A stretch of 63,864 bases of DNA, filler included, from Lophium mytilinum (lineage: Eukaryota): assembly GCA_010093605.1 (NCBI GenBank). It is 8 parts of 5 records of this genome, joined end to end, with 100 filler letters (N's around TTAATTAATTAA, not from the genome) between each part and the next. Parts side by side here need not be neighbours in the genome. Positions count along the whole stretch, not along the records: positions 1 to 20,535 come from MU004193.1; positions 20,636 to 29,708 come from MU004194.1; 6 more parts are not named here. The stretch is one strand, 5' to 3'. Positions 13,301-24,105 of the stretch are shown one piece after another (within the stretch, counting starts at the first letter, position 1; every line of letters starts with the position of its first letter). Below the pieces are notes generated by a model that saw only the letters and a program-made list of their open reading frames with translations, searched no databases and had not been told where the DNA came from. The position numbers were made by a program, and so were the translations under genes.

Positions 13301-15748
13301 TTTAAGCGCGCCATAATAGCATATCCGCAAAAGAAGGTCTTAGATTTAGAGGGTAATAAGATTAAGGATGGCCCGAAAATTATCCCTCTTAAGAATAATG
13401 GCGGTTACTGGTTAAAGGAAATTAACGTTTTGCGAGGCATAATAAAGTAAATTGCCCGGAATAAGGACGTCTAAACTAACCCTAATTAGAAAGACTTTAA
13501 AGTAAAGTCCACATTCTTTTATTACGTTGTTGCCCTTTTTATCCGCGATGCCCCTAAAGTGGCTGCACTACTATACTGTTTGGCTGACGACGTTATTAAG
13601 CGTATGGAGAAGGTTATTATCTAGACTAACTACCTAGATAAGTAAATAATTCTTACTAAGATTATTAACTATTATAAAATGGATGCTTATATATTAGCCT
13701 CTAATCTCTCTACTACTGACCGGGATAACCTTATCTTGGTGTTTAACAACCCCAACTCTAAAGTAAAGATTCTTATTACTAGTTACTAGGCTAATAGAGC
13801 TAGGCTTAATCTATAGTCTACTTACTATAATATATATCTTTTTAACCCTGCAGGCTCTATTTAGATTAAGGAGTAGGCGATAGCGCGTTTCTATAGGATT
13901 GGCCAGAAGTTTACTATTATGGTAACCGCGTTCTTTATCTAGAATATATTTAATGCCTTTACTCTCTCGCGCTAGGTATAGATAGCGCTTCCCGGTCTTA
14001 CTGCTACGTTAAACACTAACTAGATTAAGGTAGAGGGGACCTCTAAGGAAAAGCTAACCCTAGATAGCTAGTATGCGTAGGTAACCTATAATAATAAGAG
14101 CATCGCACCCCGCCTTATTATAGGCGAAATAGATATTTTAAATATGCCAGTAGAATTACACGTTAAGCGCTTTAACTCCCTATAAGACATTCTTGTATTT
14201 CTAATAACTCTTACGCAAGGCAATATAACTTTTTAGTCTAGTGGGTTTAGTAATAAGTTCTAAGAAGAACAAGCGTACGAATTTACTGAATCGGAATTAG
14301 AAGAAGAGTAGGAGAAGGGTGCGAGTAGAGCGCCTAAGAAACCGCGTGTTAATAAGCTAGGTTTAAGACTTAAGCGTTATCCTGCAAGCAGTAAGTTCGC
14401 CCTTATAGATTCTAGCGGGAAGGCTTCCTGCTAGGGCCCTACTTGCCTCTTTATACTTTGCTAATCCGTGTTTTATAGTAAAAGCTACCCTAAAGCCGAA
14501 GCTAAAGACGCTAGAGTAATAAAATAGTAAAGCTTTAAAGTAGAAGCGCAAAGCTAGTGCTGCACTAGCGGCTGCCGTTAAAAAGCGTAAGCCTAACCCT
14601 AAGTCTGCTGTTATGGTTAAAGACTCTAATTCTGCTAAATCTAATATGCCCACCCCTATAAAGAGCACTACTAGAAATACTTATAGCCCTTTTGTCTGTT
14701 AATATAGGCTGGAGCGTAACCCTTTACGTTAAGTACCCGCTATTTTTAGTAATATAAACGGCGACAACCCTTTTAGTAGGCTAAATAGTAATAACTCTAA
14801 AGGCGAAGAGTATAAGAATAATACTTTATTTCTTGCAAAGTATATAGGTAAGAATTTATTCTAGGGCCTTTTTAGGAAGCCTTCCTGCTAGGGCCCTTTA
14901 GTATTGCCTATTATATTACTTAAGTGCTAACTATTATAGTAGCTCCTACTTCCGCCCGTTAACCTACTTTAACTCTACCTTCTGGCCCTCTTAGTACCTT
15001 TAATAGACGCCTTGTTAGGACCCCTTCTATAGACCCCGTCCCGTCGCCTAATACATAGAAGAAGAGGCAGCGCGGAATGTCTACTATCTTCTTATAGGAT
15101 TCTATAGATAATCTAGTTTTTTATTTACTACTAAAAGCTAATATTAATATAAATAATAAGTAGAATAAGGAGAATATTAAAACCCCTAACGTTAATATAG
15201 AGAACGTCCCGTTTAAGACTAATAAGTAAAACGGGGGGTATCTTAATAATTACCTGGATTTTACTACTACGCTATCTAAAGTTGCCTTTAAGCGTAATAG
15301 CAACTACAGTAGTAACTTAGACGACCCGCCGGAATTTATAGAAGGGGCCTTGCAGCCAACCCTAAAGACTATGTCCTCTAGTAATACTAATAAGGGTTAA
15401 AAGCGCTAAGGCGTAAAAAAGAAGCCCACTGTAAAGAAGGATAAAGCAGCTAAGAAAGACCCTATATTTAAATCCCTTATGTATTGTCCGTATAAGTATA
15501 TAATAGAGGAAGAGATTACTAAGTAGCGCCCTTAGCGTAAAAGGAAGGCTGCTAAGAAGAAAGCTGCTGTGTAGAAGTCTATAAACTCTACTAGACTAAA
15601 AATAGACCTATGCAGGCGGAAGAATAATTCTAATGTTGGCTGACTGCCCGTAGTATTAGGTGCAGATACTAACCCTAATAGTAAAGAGGATAGCAGTAAA
15701 TTAGAGGGGACTAGCATAGCACTAGAGAAGTCTAATAGCGAGGTATAA
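10375..15748 (+). pseudogene. SNF2-family (SF2) ATPase/helicase gene, RIP-inactivated
   Basis: Ordered motifs: Q motif LR**QITGA (~11944); motif I GALIIDKVSIRKT = GALIADEVGIGKT (12010-12048); motif II FIDKC*LIKS = FVDECQLIKS (~12577); motif III LYSGTP (12661); IV EKVII*TNY (~13607); V ILITSY*ANRARLNL* = ...GAGLNLQ (~13769); VI E*AIARFYRIGQK (~13871). Introns at ~12076-12165, 12894-12987, 14391-14478 and 14848-14939, plus upstream introns 10041-10098 and 10136-10367. Confidence 0.92.
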
Positions 15749-16119
15749 CTAGTAGAGTCTTTATAGGAAGGCTTTCTATAGGGGCCCTTACTCTACTTTT
15801 TAGATTTAGTTTAGCATCTCTTAATGTTTTTTTCTTTTTCTTTCTAACGGTTCTAATTAGGACTACTTTCCTTGCTATTAGTTTATACCTACTTACTTAG
15901 TGCTACTAACTTTTTACTATTCTAATTTCTTGCTTGCGTTCTATCCTCTACCCCCTAATAGTTAGCACTACTCTATAGTAGTAGTACACTTTATGCCCTT
16001 AAAATCTCCTAGTTTATATTTAGCCTCTAGATAGCGGCTTACTTAACTATAGAATATAGCGTAATATTTACTACTATAACTGTGCCTTATGTATCTTATG
16101 CGTAATATAATATTTATTT

Positions 16120-17400
16120 TATTTATCTATGTTGTAGGGGGCGGTCTTATCCGCCGTAGTTTATATAGTCGGGGAGGGTAATTGCATTCTAATGCCGCTC
16201 TATTATATCTATACTATTAGTATATGCTCCCTATCTTTTTTATAGTAAAGAATCTACTATTATATACCCTGTAATTTAACCCTCTTTACTAATATTAGTT
16301 ATACGGCTGGGCTGAGTCCTCTCTATAGACTCTATCTATTAACACGCTGTATGCGACTTTATTCTACCTATAGTTTTCTAAAGCGTGTATTATTGCATAA
16401 TACCTAAACTAACCGGAAGGAGAGTTATTTATACGTGTTGTTGTTAAGTTTTTAGCGTACTAGGCGGCGGAAGGTAATTTAGGTGTCGTAGTTGTACTTT
16501 CTAGTTTATCGGCGATGTATTTGGACCTGCTTATTATTAGCAAGGATAGTAATTCTTAAGGGGTTACAGTCTTACCGTTTATTACTTTTAATATAACTTT
16601 CCTCCTCCTTGCAGTTATAAATAGTCTCTATATTATAAATAGAACTGCTCTTTTATTCTAGTATTTTTCTTTACTTCTATTCTTATAGCCGTCTTAATAA
16701 GCGCTTTAGCCGTGTAAGCTTTCTTCTTACAACTAAATCTAGGGTAGTATTTACAACCTTGCGCCTAGACAGGGTATTAGGCGTAGTAAGGGGAGAAGCT
16801 AACCGCTCTATTAGGATATATGTATTAGGCAGACGTAGATATATCTGCCCCTGCTAAATATTATCCTCGGCGTTTAGAGTTGCTGTGCTGCTGCGCGTTA
16901 ACCTTAGTGTACCGGGCTGTATTTTATATACTTTAGCCTGGTTTAGAGTTGCAGCCGTCTCTACGTTAGGTTAGGCCGCTTCTTATCTCGCAAATATCCG
17001 CCGGAACGCTCTAGAAAGGACGTATATAGTATACTAATTAAGACTTACGTATAGTATTGTGCGTGGGCTGCTACTATACTATAAGGGGTAGGTAGTAGTT
17101 AGAAAAAGGTTTAATGCGCTAGTTTCTATTAATCTTAGCATATTACGTGCTAACTACTTGTATTATACCTACACTTATAATTAACCTTTAGAGGTTAACT
17201 CTATATACTATATATAAATAGCAGCACTAAGAGTTTTATTTTATTACTATACTATACGTATATTTTACCTTAGGCGGGACTAGTAGGTCCCTATAATGTA
17301 TAGTTTATATAACTATACTCTACGTTGCTTTAGCGCCCGCCCAATTTACTTTTCCTCTCTTTTCTTACTCCTTTAGCTTATTCCTCTCTATACTATAGCT
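16120..17400 (-). pseudogene. Unidentified RIP-degraded gene with introns
   Basis: Long near-open minus frame (ETAATLNQAKVYKIQPGTLRL...RRKLTRLKRLLRR); minus-strand introns GTAAGA...GCTAAT...CAG (~16527-16575) and GTAGGT...GCTAAG...TAG (~17126-17172). Confidence 0.45.
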
Positions 17401-17578
17401 GCAGGCAAACTAATAGCTAGAACTAGCACGGGAGAGACTCTTAATTGTATTTAAAGTACTTTAGAGAGATAGATTAATAGTATATAAAGTTTTAAAGCCG
17501 GCAGGCCGTGGGAATACCTATGCAACTAACTTGGGAGAGCAGCACGCTAAGAACAGCACCGCCACAATAGGTATACTA

Positions 17579-18207
17579 ATGGGCTCGGGTACTATTACTT
17601 AGAACCCTCTTCTTAACCCTAATACACCTAGTAATACCGCGGATCTTGCTGCATAAAACGCTAGAGAGGAGTCCTTATTATTTATTTCTAAAATAACTCC
17701 TAAGCTAGCTAATATAGACTAACTCTACACGACTAAACCGCTTACTGTAGAGGATACTGCCGACCCTACCTGCATCCGTGCCTAGAGAGAAGCACTTCTT
17801 GCAACTATCTAGAATTAAAACGGAGGTTCCCTCTTTAGTAATAGCCTAGGCACGTCCACTAATACTGCTCTTAATATGCAGCCTACTATAACTAAGTCTT
17901 AAACTCTCTATAACTATGCTAACCCCCTATCTTAAGCTACTAGAGATAGCGCCCCACCTTCTAAGTCTAATATTAATATTAAGCCTAAACTAGCTAACAA
18001 AGTTAATGTAAAGATTAAGCCTAGTATTAAGATTAAGCCCGGCCTTATAAGCAGCCTGGATACTACAAGTTTTTTAAGAATAATTCTAAGGATAAGGAGC
18101 TTCTGCGCTTGCGGATTAATATAGAAGAGAAGGAGGCAAGGGCTATATAAATAAGATTTAAGGCTATAGCTAGAGAGCGGAAGCGGCAGGGCCTAATCCA
18201 CTTCTAA
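17579..18207 (+). pseudogene. Unidentified RIP-degraded ORF with IKxE-like repeats and a charged helical C-terminus
   Basis: MGSGTIT... then IKPK/VKIKPS/IKIKPG repeats and KELLRLRINIEEKEARAI*IRFKAIARERKRQG, with a possible frameshift between them. Confidence 0.35.
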
Positions 18208-18237
18208 ATCTAAACCTTAGACGGGAGTAGTAGCGCC

Positions 18238-18386
18238 CTAATCTATTCCTATCTCTACGCGCTTATTAGTAAATACCCAACTCTTTATCCAGCGCTGCCA
18301 GGCTCTTACTATCCCCCAACCTATCTTCTCCTTTAATAGCAACGCGTCCCTGCCCTTCTAGAACTGCACCCTAGCCCTCTACGCCG
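18238..18386 (+). repeat. 149-bp direct duplication of the start of the dsRBD gene
   Basis: Colinear with 19331-19479 (…CGCTTATTAGTAAAYACCCARCTCTTTATCYAGCGCTGCCAGGC…CTCTACGCCG); differences are mostly transitions. Confidence 0.9.
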
Positions 18387-18624
18387 TCTACGTGGAAATT
18401 ATCTAATAGGCTTTACTCTTTTACTTTACCTTACTCTTATTTCCTTCTTTAATAGCTTTATCTCTACTCTTCTACTATTAGTCTTATCTTCTTCCACTAT
18501 AGCGGAGCCTCTAGATCTAACCCCTAGTAATAGTACTAGTTTACCCTTTACTACTATAGCGAAACCCGAAGATTTATCTTCTATTACTACTACTACCGCG
18601 TTGCTAACTCGCGAGCCCTAAAAT

Positions 18625-18757
18625 TGCGGATATTGCAGAAAGGAAGCTACTCTAAGGTGCAGTTGCTACGCCAGCGTTATCTACTGCAATGCGGATTATT
18701 AAAAGGCCAACTGGAAATTATCTAATGCGCCGCCTTCTTGCATAAAGGTTGTTGCAC
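18625..18757 (+). pseudogene. MYND-type zinc finger relic
   Basis: CGYCRKEATLRCSCYASVIYCNADY*KANWK, then HKGCC in a shifted frame. De-RIPed this is CxxC-x7-CxxC-x5-C-x3-CQKADWK...HKxxC, the MYND signature. Confidence 0.8.
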
Positions 18758-19330
18758 TATAATAAGACTCCTATGCTTTAGCTTAAATTTACTAATAGAC
18801 AGCGAAGAGCGTAAAGTTTAGCGGATTATCTAAGGGGTAGAAATTAAAACGGGCTCTAGCTCTATTATGCGACTATAAGCTGTAATATACTTTACCTCTT
18901 ATAAACTTAGCCCGCTACGCATAAATATAGAGTCTCTCCTGCCTAAGCGCTAAAGAATAACTTCTAGTAGAGCAGCTGCAGCTACCCTAGCTTGTGCAGA
19001 TTAAACTAGCACCCCACCTTAGCCTTCTTAGGCTAGCCTTTAACCTTATATATACACTAGCGTAGGCAGTAATAATTATTCTTATCCTTTCTTTATACTA
19101 AGCTTAATTACTACGCCGCTTCCTAGCTTTAAGAAGAAAAGAAAGATAGAGGTTGCAACTCCTCTTAGTAGTTAAAACTCTACCTACGCCCCGCCGTTAA
19201 TTAATTAGATACGTAGAGGCTCTATTCTAGGTGCCCTAAGTGTGCTATAAAACCTTTTTAGTATTAATAAGTTTAAGAAGCAGTATAAAGCCGCCGTTGC
19301 CGCTGCTAGAGCCTAAGCCTAATCTACTCT

Positions 19331-20301
19331 CTAACCTATCTCTATCTCTATACGCTTATTAGTAAACACCCAGCTCTTTATCTAGCGCTGCCAGGCCCTT
19401 GCCATCCCCTAACCTATCTTCTTATTTAACGGCGACGCCTTTCTACTCTTCTAGAACTGCACTCTAACCCTCTACGCCGCCGGCTCCCCCCACTTTCTTA
19501 CTACTACTAGCCTCTTTACCTCTAAGAAAGAAGCTAAAGAAGCCGCCTCTACCTTTAGCCTTGCCCTTCTCTCCTCTCTTAAAGCCTCGGGCATAGTCTC
19601 TACCCCTAGCAAAACTAAAAAATATACTCTAACTCTAACTCCTACTACTACTACCCCTGAGGAACCCTAGGAAAACTTTACTAGTATTTTTATAGAATTC
19701 TGCTAAGCCTCTAAAATCCCCGTTCTAACCTTTACTAAGTTTAAAACCGGCACCTGCTTCTCCGCCGAGCTATTACTGGCCTCGCACCGCCTGGAGAACG
19801 CCCCCTTTAGCGGCTGCGCTATGCTCTACCCGTTAAAGAAAGCGGCTTATGCGGCTATAGTAAGGGAGGCGGTGCTCTAGCTGCGCGTAGAAATAGCTGC
19901 CCGCTATATATAAGCCCGCGTCCGTAAAGAAGTAGTAGAAGACGGTAGGGGGTTCTAAGAACGCCGCGGTGCAGCTACCGGGTAGTGTAGCAGCGCGGGT
20001 GCTGGCGCTGGCGAGCGAGCTAGGGCTACCGCAGCCGGAGTATTAGTAGGCGGCGCTAAGTGCGCTAGCGCCGGGGCTATCTATAGTAAGTAGTTTGTTC
20101 CCGGGGAGTAGAGTAGGCGGGGAGGATAGGGTAGTAGTAATAGTAAGGCATGTAGTTAGAAAGAAGGCGGCGAGGGAGAAGTATGCGCGGTTAATAGGAA
20201 TGGAGTTAGAAGGAGTATTAGAGAGGAGGAAGGGGGTGTTAGAAAAGGTGTTAGAGAAGGGAAAGAGGGAGGTAGAGATAAGAGAGGAGGATAAGAACTA
20301 G
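19331..20301 (+). pseudogene. Double-stranded RNA-binding-domain (dsrm) protein relic, 2-3 dsRBD-like repeats
   Basis: Domain 1 QLFI*RCQALAIP*PIF...FTSKKEAKEAASTFSLALL; domain 2 ENFTSIFIEFC*ASKIPVLTF...CFSAEL...YPLKKAAYAAIVREAVL*L; third partial VRHVVRKKAAREKYARL (= ORF-track 20095-20301). KKxA(K)xxAA helices are typical of dsRBDs. Confidence 0.75.
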
Positions 20302-20419
20302 TATTCTTATTAGAAGTATAGAGAGACATATAATAGGAACTTATTTATACTTACTTAATTTAGGTTATAGTAGGGGAAGCATATTAGAAGTATAGTAAGT
20401 AGGAAGTATAATTACTTCC

Positions 20420-20535
20420 GTTAGGGTTAGGGTTAGGGTTTTAGGGTTAGGGTTAGGGTTAGGGTTAGGGTTAGGGTTAGGGTTAGGGTTAGGGTTAGGG
20501 TTAGGGTTAGGGTTAGGGTTAGGGTTAGGGTTAGG
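20420..20535 (+). repeat. Telomeric (TTAGGG)n tract at contig end
   Basis: ~19 TTAGGG units with one extra TT at 20439-20440, G-rich strand pointing to the contig end, free of RIP-type changes. Confidence 0.95.
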
Positions 20536-20635
20536 NNNNNNNNNNNNNNNNNNNNNNNNNNNNNNNNNNNNNNNNNNNNTTAATTAATTAANNNNNNNNN
20601 NNNNNNNNNNNNNNNNNNNNNNNNNNNNNNNNNNN
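20536..20635. other. Artificial contig linker (N-run TTAATTAATTAA N-run); also at 29709, 35118, 37686, 39127, 60735 and 62631
   Basis: Identical 100-nt spacer with a six-frame stop cassette, present seven times. Confidence 0.97.
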
Positions 20636-23600
20636 TATATTAATAATATACTATATAAGAATCTAGATTACTACTATATAGCCTATATAGATAATATACT
20701 TATCTTTAGTAATAGTCTAGAGAAGTATAAAAAGTATATTATTTCTATAGTTATAAGATTAAAAGACGCAGGCCTCTTTCTTAATATTTATAAGTTAGAA
20801 TTTACTATTTAAGAAGTTAAGTACTTAAAAGTTATTATAGAAGTTAATAGTATTTATATAGACCCTTATAAGGTTTAAATAGTACTTAATTAGCCTACTC
20901 TAAGAAACCTTAAAGATATTTAGGCCTTTCTAGGTTTCTATAACTTCTATTATTACTTTATTACTAGCTATTTTAAATTTACCGCGCCCCTCTCTATACT
21001 TATATTCTCTACTAAGAAGTTATTTAAGTTTCTATAGAAGAATAATAGAGATAAAGCCTAAGCGTTTATATATATTAAGGAATGCTTTTAAAACGCCTCT
21101 TAGCTAGCCCTATAGAATTTAGACTATAAGATATAGGTTAAGTATAATTTCTTAAACTATATAATTACTATAGTACTTTTATAGGTCTAACTAGATAGTA
21201 CTCTACGCCCTATTACCTTTATATTATAATAAATAATGCTATAGTAGATTAATTACGCTATTTATAATAAAGAACTACTTACTATTATTCTAGTATTTAA
21301 AGACTAGCGCCTAGAGCTCGCGGGCTAGAGATAGAAATATAGTAGTTCTATTAATATTATCTCTAATTATAAAAATCTTTAGATATTTATAACTACTAAA
21401 TAACTTAACTATTATTAAGCCTAATAGGCTAAGTTCTTAGCTAAATTTAACTTTAAAATTATATATAAGCCCAGTAAGCTTAATAATAAGCTAGATCTTC
21501 TTACTAGATAACCCGGTAATAAGCCCTCTAAAGGTAATACTTACTATAAATATTAAGAGTAAGTTATACTTAAGCCTACTAATTATAAGCCTAATATATA
21601 TTACGCTGTTAACCTAGCCTATATACTAACTAATAACGCCCTAGAATATATAGTAATAGACCTAGCCTCTATACTTTATAACCTTAGTAAATTTAATTAA
21701 CCTAATTATACTAATAAGCTTTAACTTATAGTTATATATACTAGACGGATATAATTATAACTAGAGCCCCTAGATAAGATAAAGAATTCTAGAACTACCT
21801 CTATAGTAAGAGATAAGATAAAGAATTCTTCTACTAATAATAGATAAGCTTTTAATACTAAGCTATATAATATATTAAAGCTAGTTTTAATAAGTAATTA
21901 AATTCTATACTAAGTTAAGAAAGCTTTTTAAGCTAATTCTATTATATAAGTAGTTAAATACGCTAAGCGCTGTAATAAGTAATAACTACTAGCTTAATTC
22001 TATTATAACTATTACCTATAAATTAAGCTTAGTAATTATAATATTATTAATAATTTTCTCTATATCTATAAGAAGCTCTATATTCTAGCTATACTAAAAT
22101 TATATACTATAATTATCTATTCTATATATAAACCTAAACTAGCTAGTTATATAGAAACTACCTCTATATATACTAGGTTAAGTAACTACTACTACTAGCC
22201 TCTTATAACCTTTAATATTAATTAGTATATAGGCGCTTATATAACCTATTACTACTTAAAGTACTCTAGAGAAGATAAGTAAGGCCTTCTTTATCTACTA
22301 CTAATTCTATATTACTACTAGTATAATATTTTAGTTAACTTTATTAGACTACTACCTATCTATAAATAATAGGGTAGGTAATATAAGTATATTATAGTTA
22401 TAGTTAATTAACTATCTAAGAAGAGAAAGTTTATTCCGCTTAATTCTATAGAAGTTAAGCTAGTTATCTAAGTATTTATTAAATAGGTCTAGTATAAGAA
22501 AGGCTATCTATATACTATTATATTTAATTAAGGGGTGTAGTCTATATTATACTTCTAGAAACGCCTCTACGCCCGTATTAGTATCTTACCTAAGCTATTC
22601 TTATTATTTTACTCTAAGATAAATAGCTAGACTAAGATTACTAATATAGTACTTAAGTAATATCTACGCGCCTATATTAACTATAAATAAGATAACTAAA
22701 TAGATTTTCTATCTATTACTAAATTTAAGGCTAACTATACTAAAATAATAATAGGTATATCTCTATTTATAGCTACTAAAGGCTATAACCTGCGCTTAGA
22801 ACTAGAACTAGTAGATAACTCTATTAAACTAAAAGGACTCTAGAAATTACTTTAAGAGAAAGCTAACGCCCTAGCTAAGTAAATTAACTAACTCTAGCTC
22901 TTTCTATAAGATAAGCTTACCTAGGTCTAAGTATAATAAGCCTACTATATAAACCTTAAGTATAAGCCTGCATCTAAGTTTAAAGTTAGTAATAAGGTTA
23001 TACTTAACGCCTATAATATTAAAATATAACGCCTAAATAAGTTCTTAAACTATAAGTAACTAGAACCCTATAAAATTACTTATATTATTAATAATAGCGC
23101 CTATAAGCTTATACTACCCCGCACTATAAAGGGACTATTTAATATCTTCTACCTATAGCTACTTTATAGAGTTACTTATAAGCTACTTAAAGGTTAAATA
23201 TATAATAAGCTAGGCCCTATTAAAGTTAATTAGAAAGGTTTTAAATAATAGAATATTAATAATATTATTAATTTACGCATTAATAAAGTAATAATTAATC
23301 CTACTATAGATACTAAAGGCCTCTTGCAGTATAAGATCCGCTATACTAGTTATTCTAACTAGAATACTAAACCTAAGTAGAAATTATATAAAAGCACGTT
23401 TAATTACTATAATATTATAATAGATTACTATTATTAATACTCTAACGCTGCCGGCCCTTATAAGTCTTTTAAGAAGCCTAAGTACTAGAAACCCCTACTA
23501 GCTATAATTATATTAAGACTATAGAAGTAGGTACTTAGACTAGATATTATTAAAGCTAACTAGCGCTAGCTAGCTAAGTAATTACTAACCCTATTAGAAG

Positions 23601-24105
23601 ACGCTAACCTAGTAGACTACTAGGTAATAGGTAATATAAAGATTTATAAGTTTAACTTCTATACTAATTTATATTACGCCTATATAGTATCTATAGTTTA
23701 TAATACTAATAGTTTATAATACTATATAAAAGACTATAAGGCTATAGAGAATTATAGTAAGACTATATAATTAATAGAAAGACTAATTAGAAAGAAGTAT
23801 TTATATATAGTAAGTATAAAATAGAAAGGCTAAAGTATAATACTAGAAGAAGCCTTATATATAGTTTCTTTTAAAGAGGGGGTAGTATTATAGCTATAAT
23901 ATAACCTCTATTATAATATATTTCTAATATATATAATAGTATTATATACTCTCTAGTATATAATTACTATTATATAACTAGGCTTAGCGCTAGCCTTACC
24001 TACCTCTTAGCCGGCGCTCCGCGCCCTTCTCTCTCTCTTATAGCTACTTTATCTATATATACTAATATTAGGTCTTCTTTTATAATCTACTATTATACTA
24101 TAATA
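20636..24105 (+). mobile_element. Ty3/Gypsy (chromovirus) LTR retrotransposon relic 1: RT-RNaseH-integrase-chromodomain, PPT, 3' LTR 23886-24105
   Basis: AYIDNILIF (=YMDD) at 20681; NYAIYNKELL RNase H at ~21251; integrase region with EPY (=GPY) at ~23063; chromodomain-like region ~23250-23440; PPT AAAGAGGGGGTAG; LTR termini TATTATAG...CTATAATA (RIPed TG...CA). Confidence 0.92.

Larger units (their letters stand above)
3919..15789. repeat. Dispersed 37-bp palindromic motif, 11 copies
   Basis: Consensus AAGGGCCCTAGCAGGAAG[G/C]CTTCCTGCTAGGGCCCTT, self-complementary around one central base. Copies near 3919, 9374, 9500, 10149, 10282, 11296, 12094, 12909, 14404, 14863 and 15754. Confidence 0.9.
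2890..20419 (+). mobile_element. Large unclassified element (ORF1 + SNF2 ATPase + palindrome array + distal gene relics); right boundary undefined
   Basis: Interrupts the DUF3505 gene; the same left end recurs at 38194 next to a different flank; internal segments recur inverted at 34623-39126; visibly less RIPed than its left flank. Only 2890-15563 is shown to be repeated, so inclusion of 15.8-20.4 kb is inferred. Confidence 0.7.

Noticed and set aside
7520..15717. ORF-track ORFs 7520-7762, 9090-9278, 10154-10351, 14363-14668 and 15532-15717 as genes
   Set aside because: They are antisense to, or inside introns of, the RIPed ORF1/SNF2 genes. 13199-13450 is only a stop-free fragment within the SNF2 pseudogene.
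3919..15789. CRISPR array interpretation of the 37-bp palindromes
   Set aside because: Copies are irregularly spaced hundreds to thousands of bases apart, in a eukaryotic intron context, with no cas genes.
15920..16035. Right terminal inverted repeat of the SNF2 element
   Set aside because: Only short patches (CTTGCTT, TAGCCTCTA) resemble the reverse complement of the left end; not a convincing TIR.
17040..17310. HNH/His-Me endonuclease-like motif in the minus-strand relic
   Set aside because: The apparent DHxC...HL...N pattern needs a frame inconsistent with the long downstream open frame and relies on heavy de-RIP guessing.
20580..20591. Recurrent TTAATTAATTAA palindrome as a biological motif
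   Set aside because: Always centred in N-runs; an assembly spacer.
20420..20635. Interstitial telomere or chromosome fusion
   Set aside because: The tract ends at an artificial linker, so downstream sequence is a separate contig and adjacency is unsupported.
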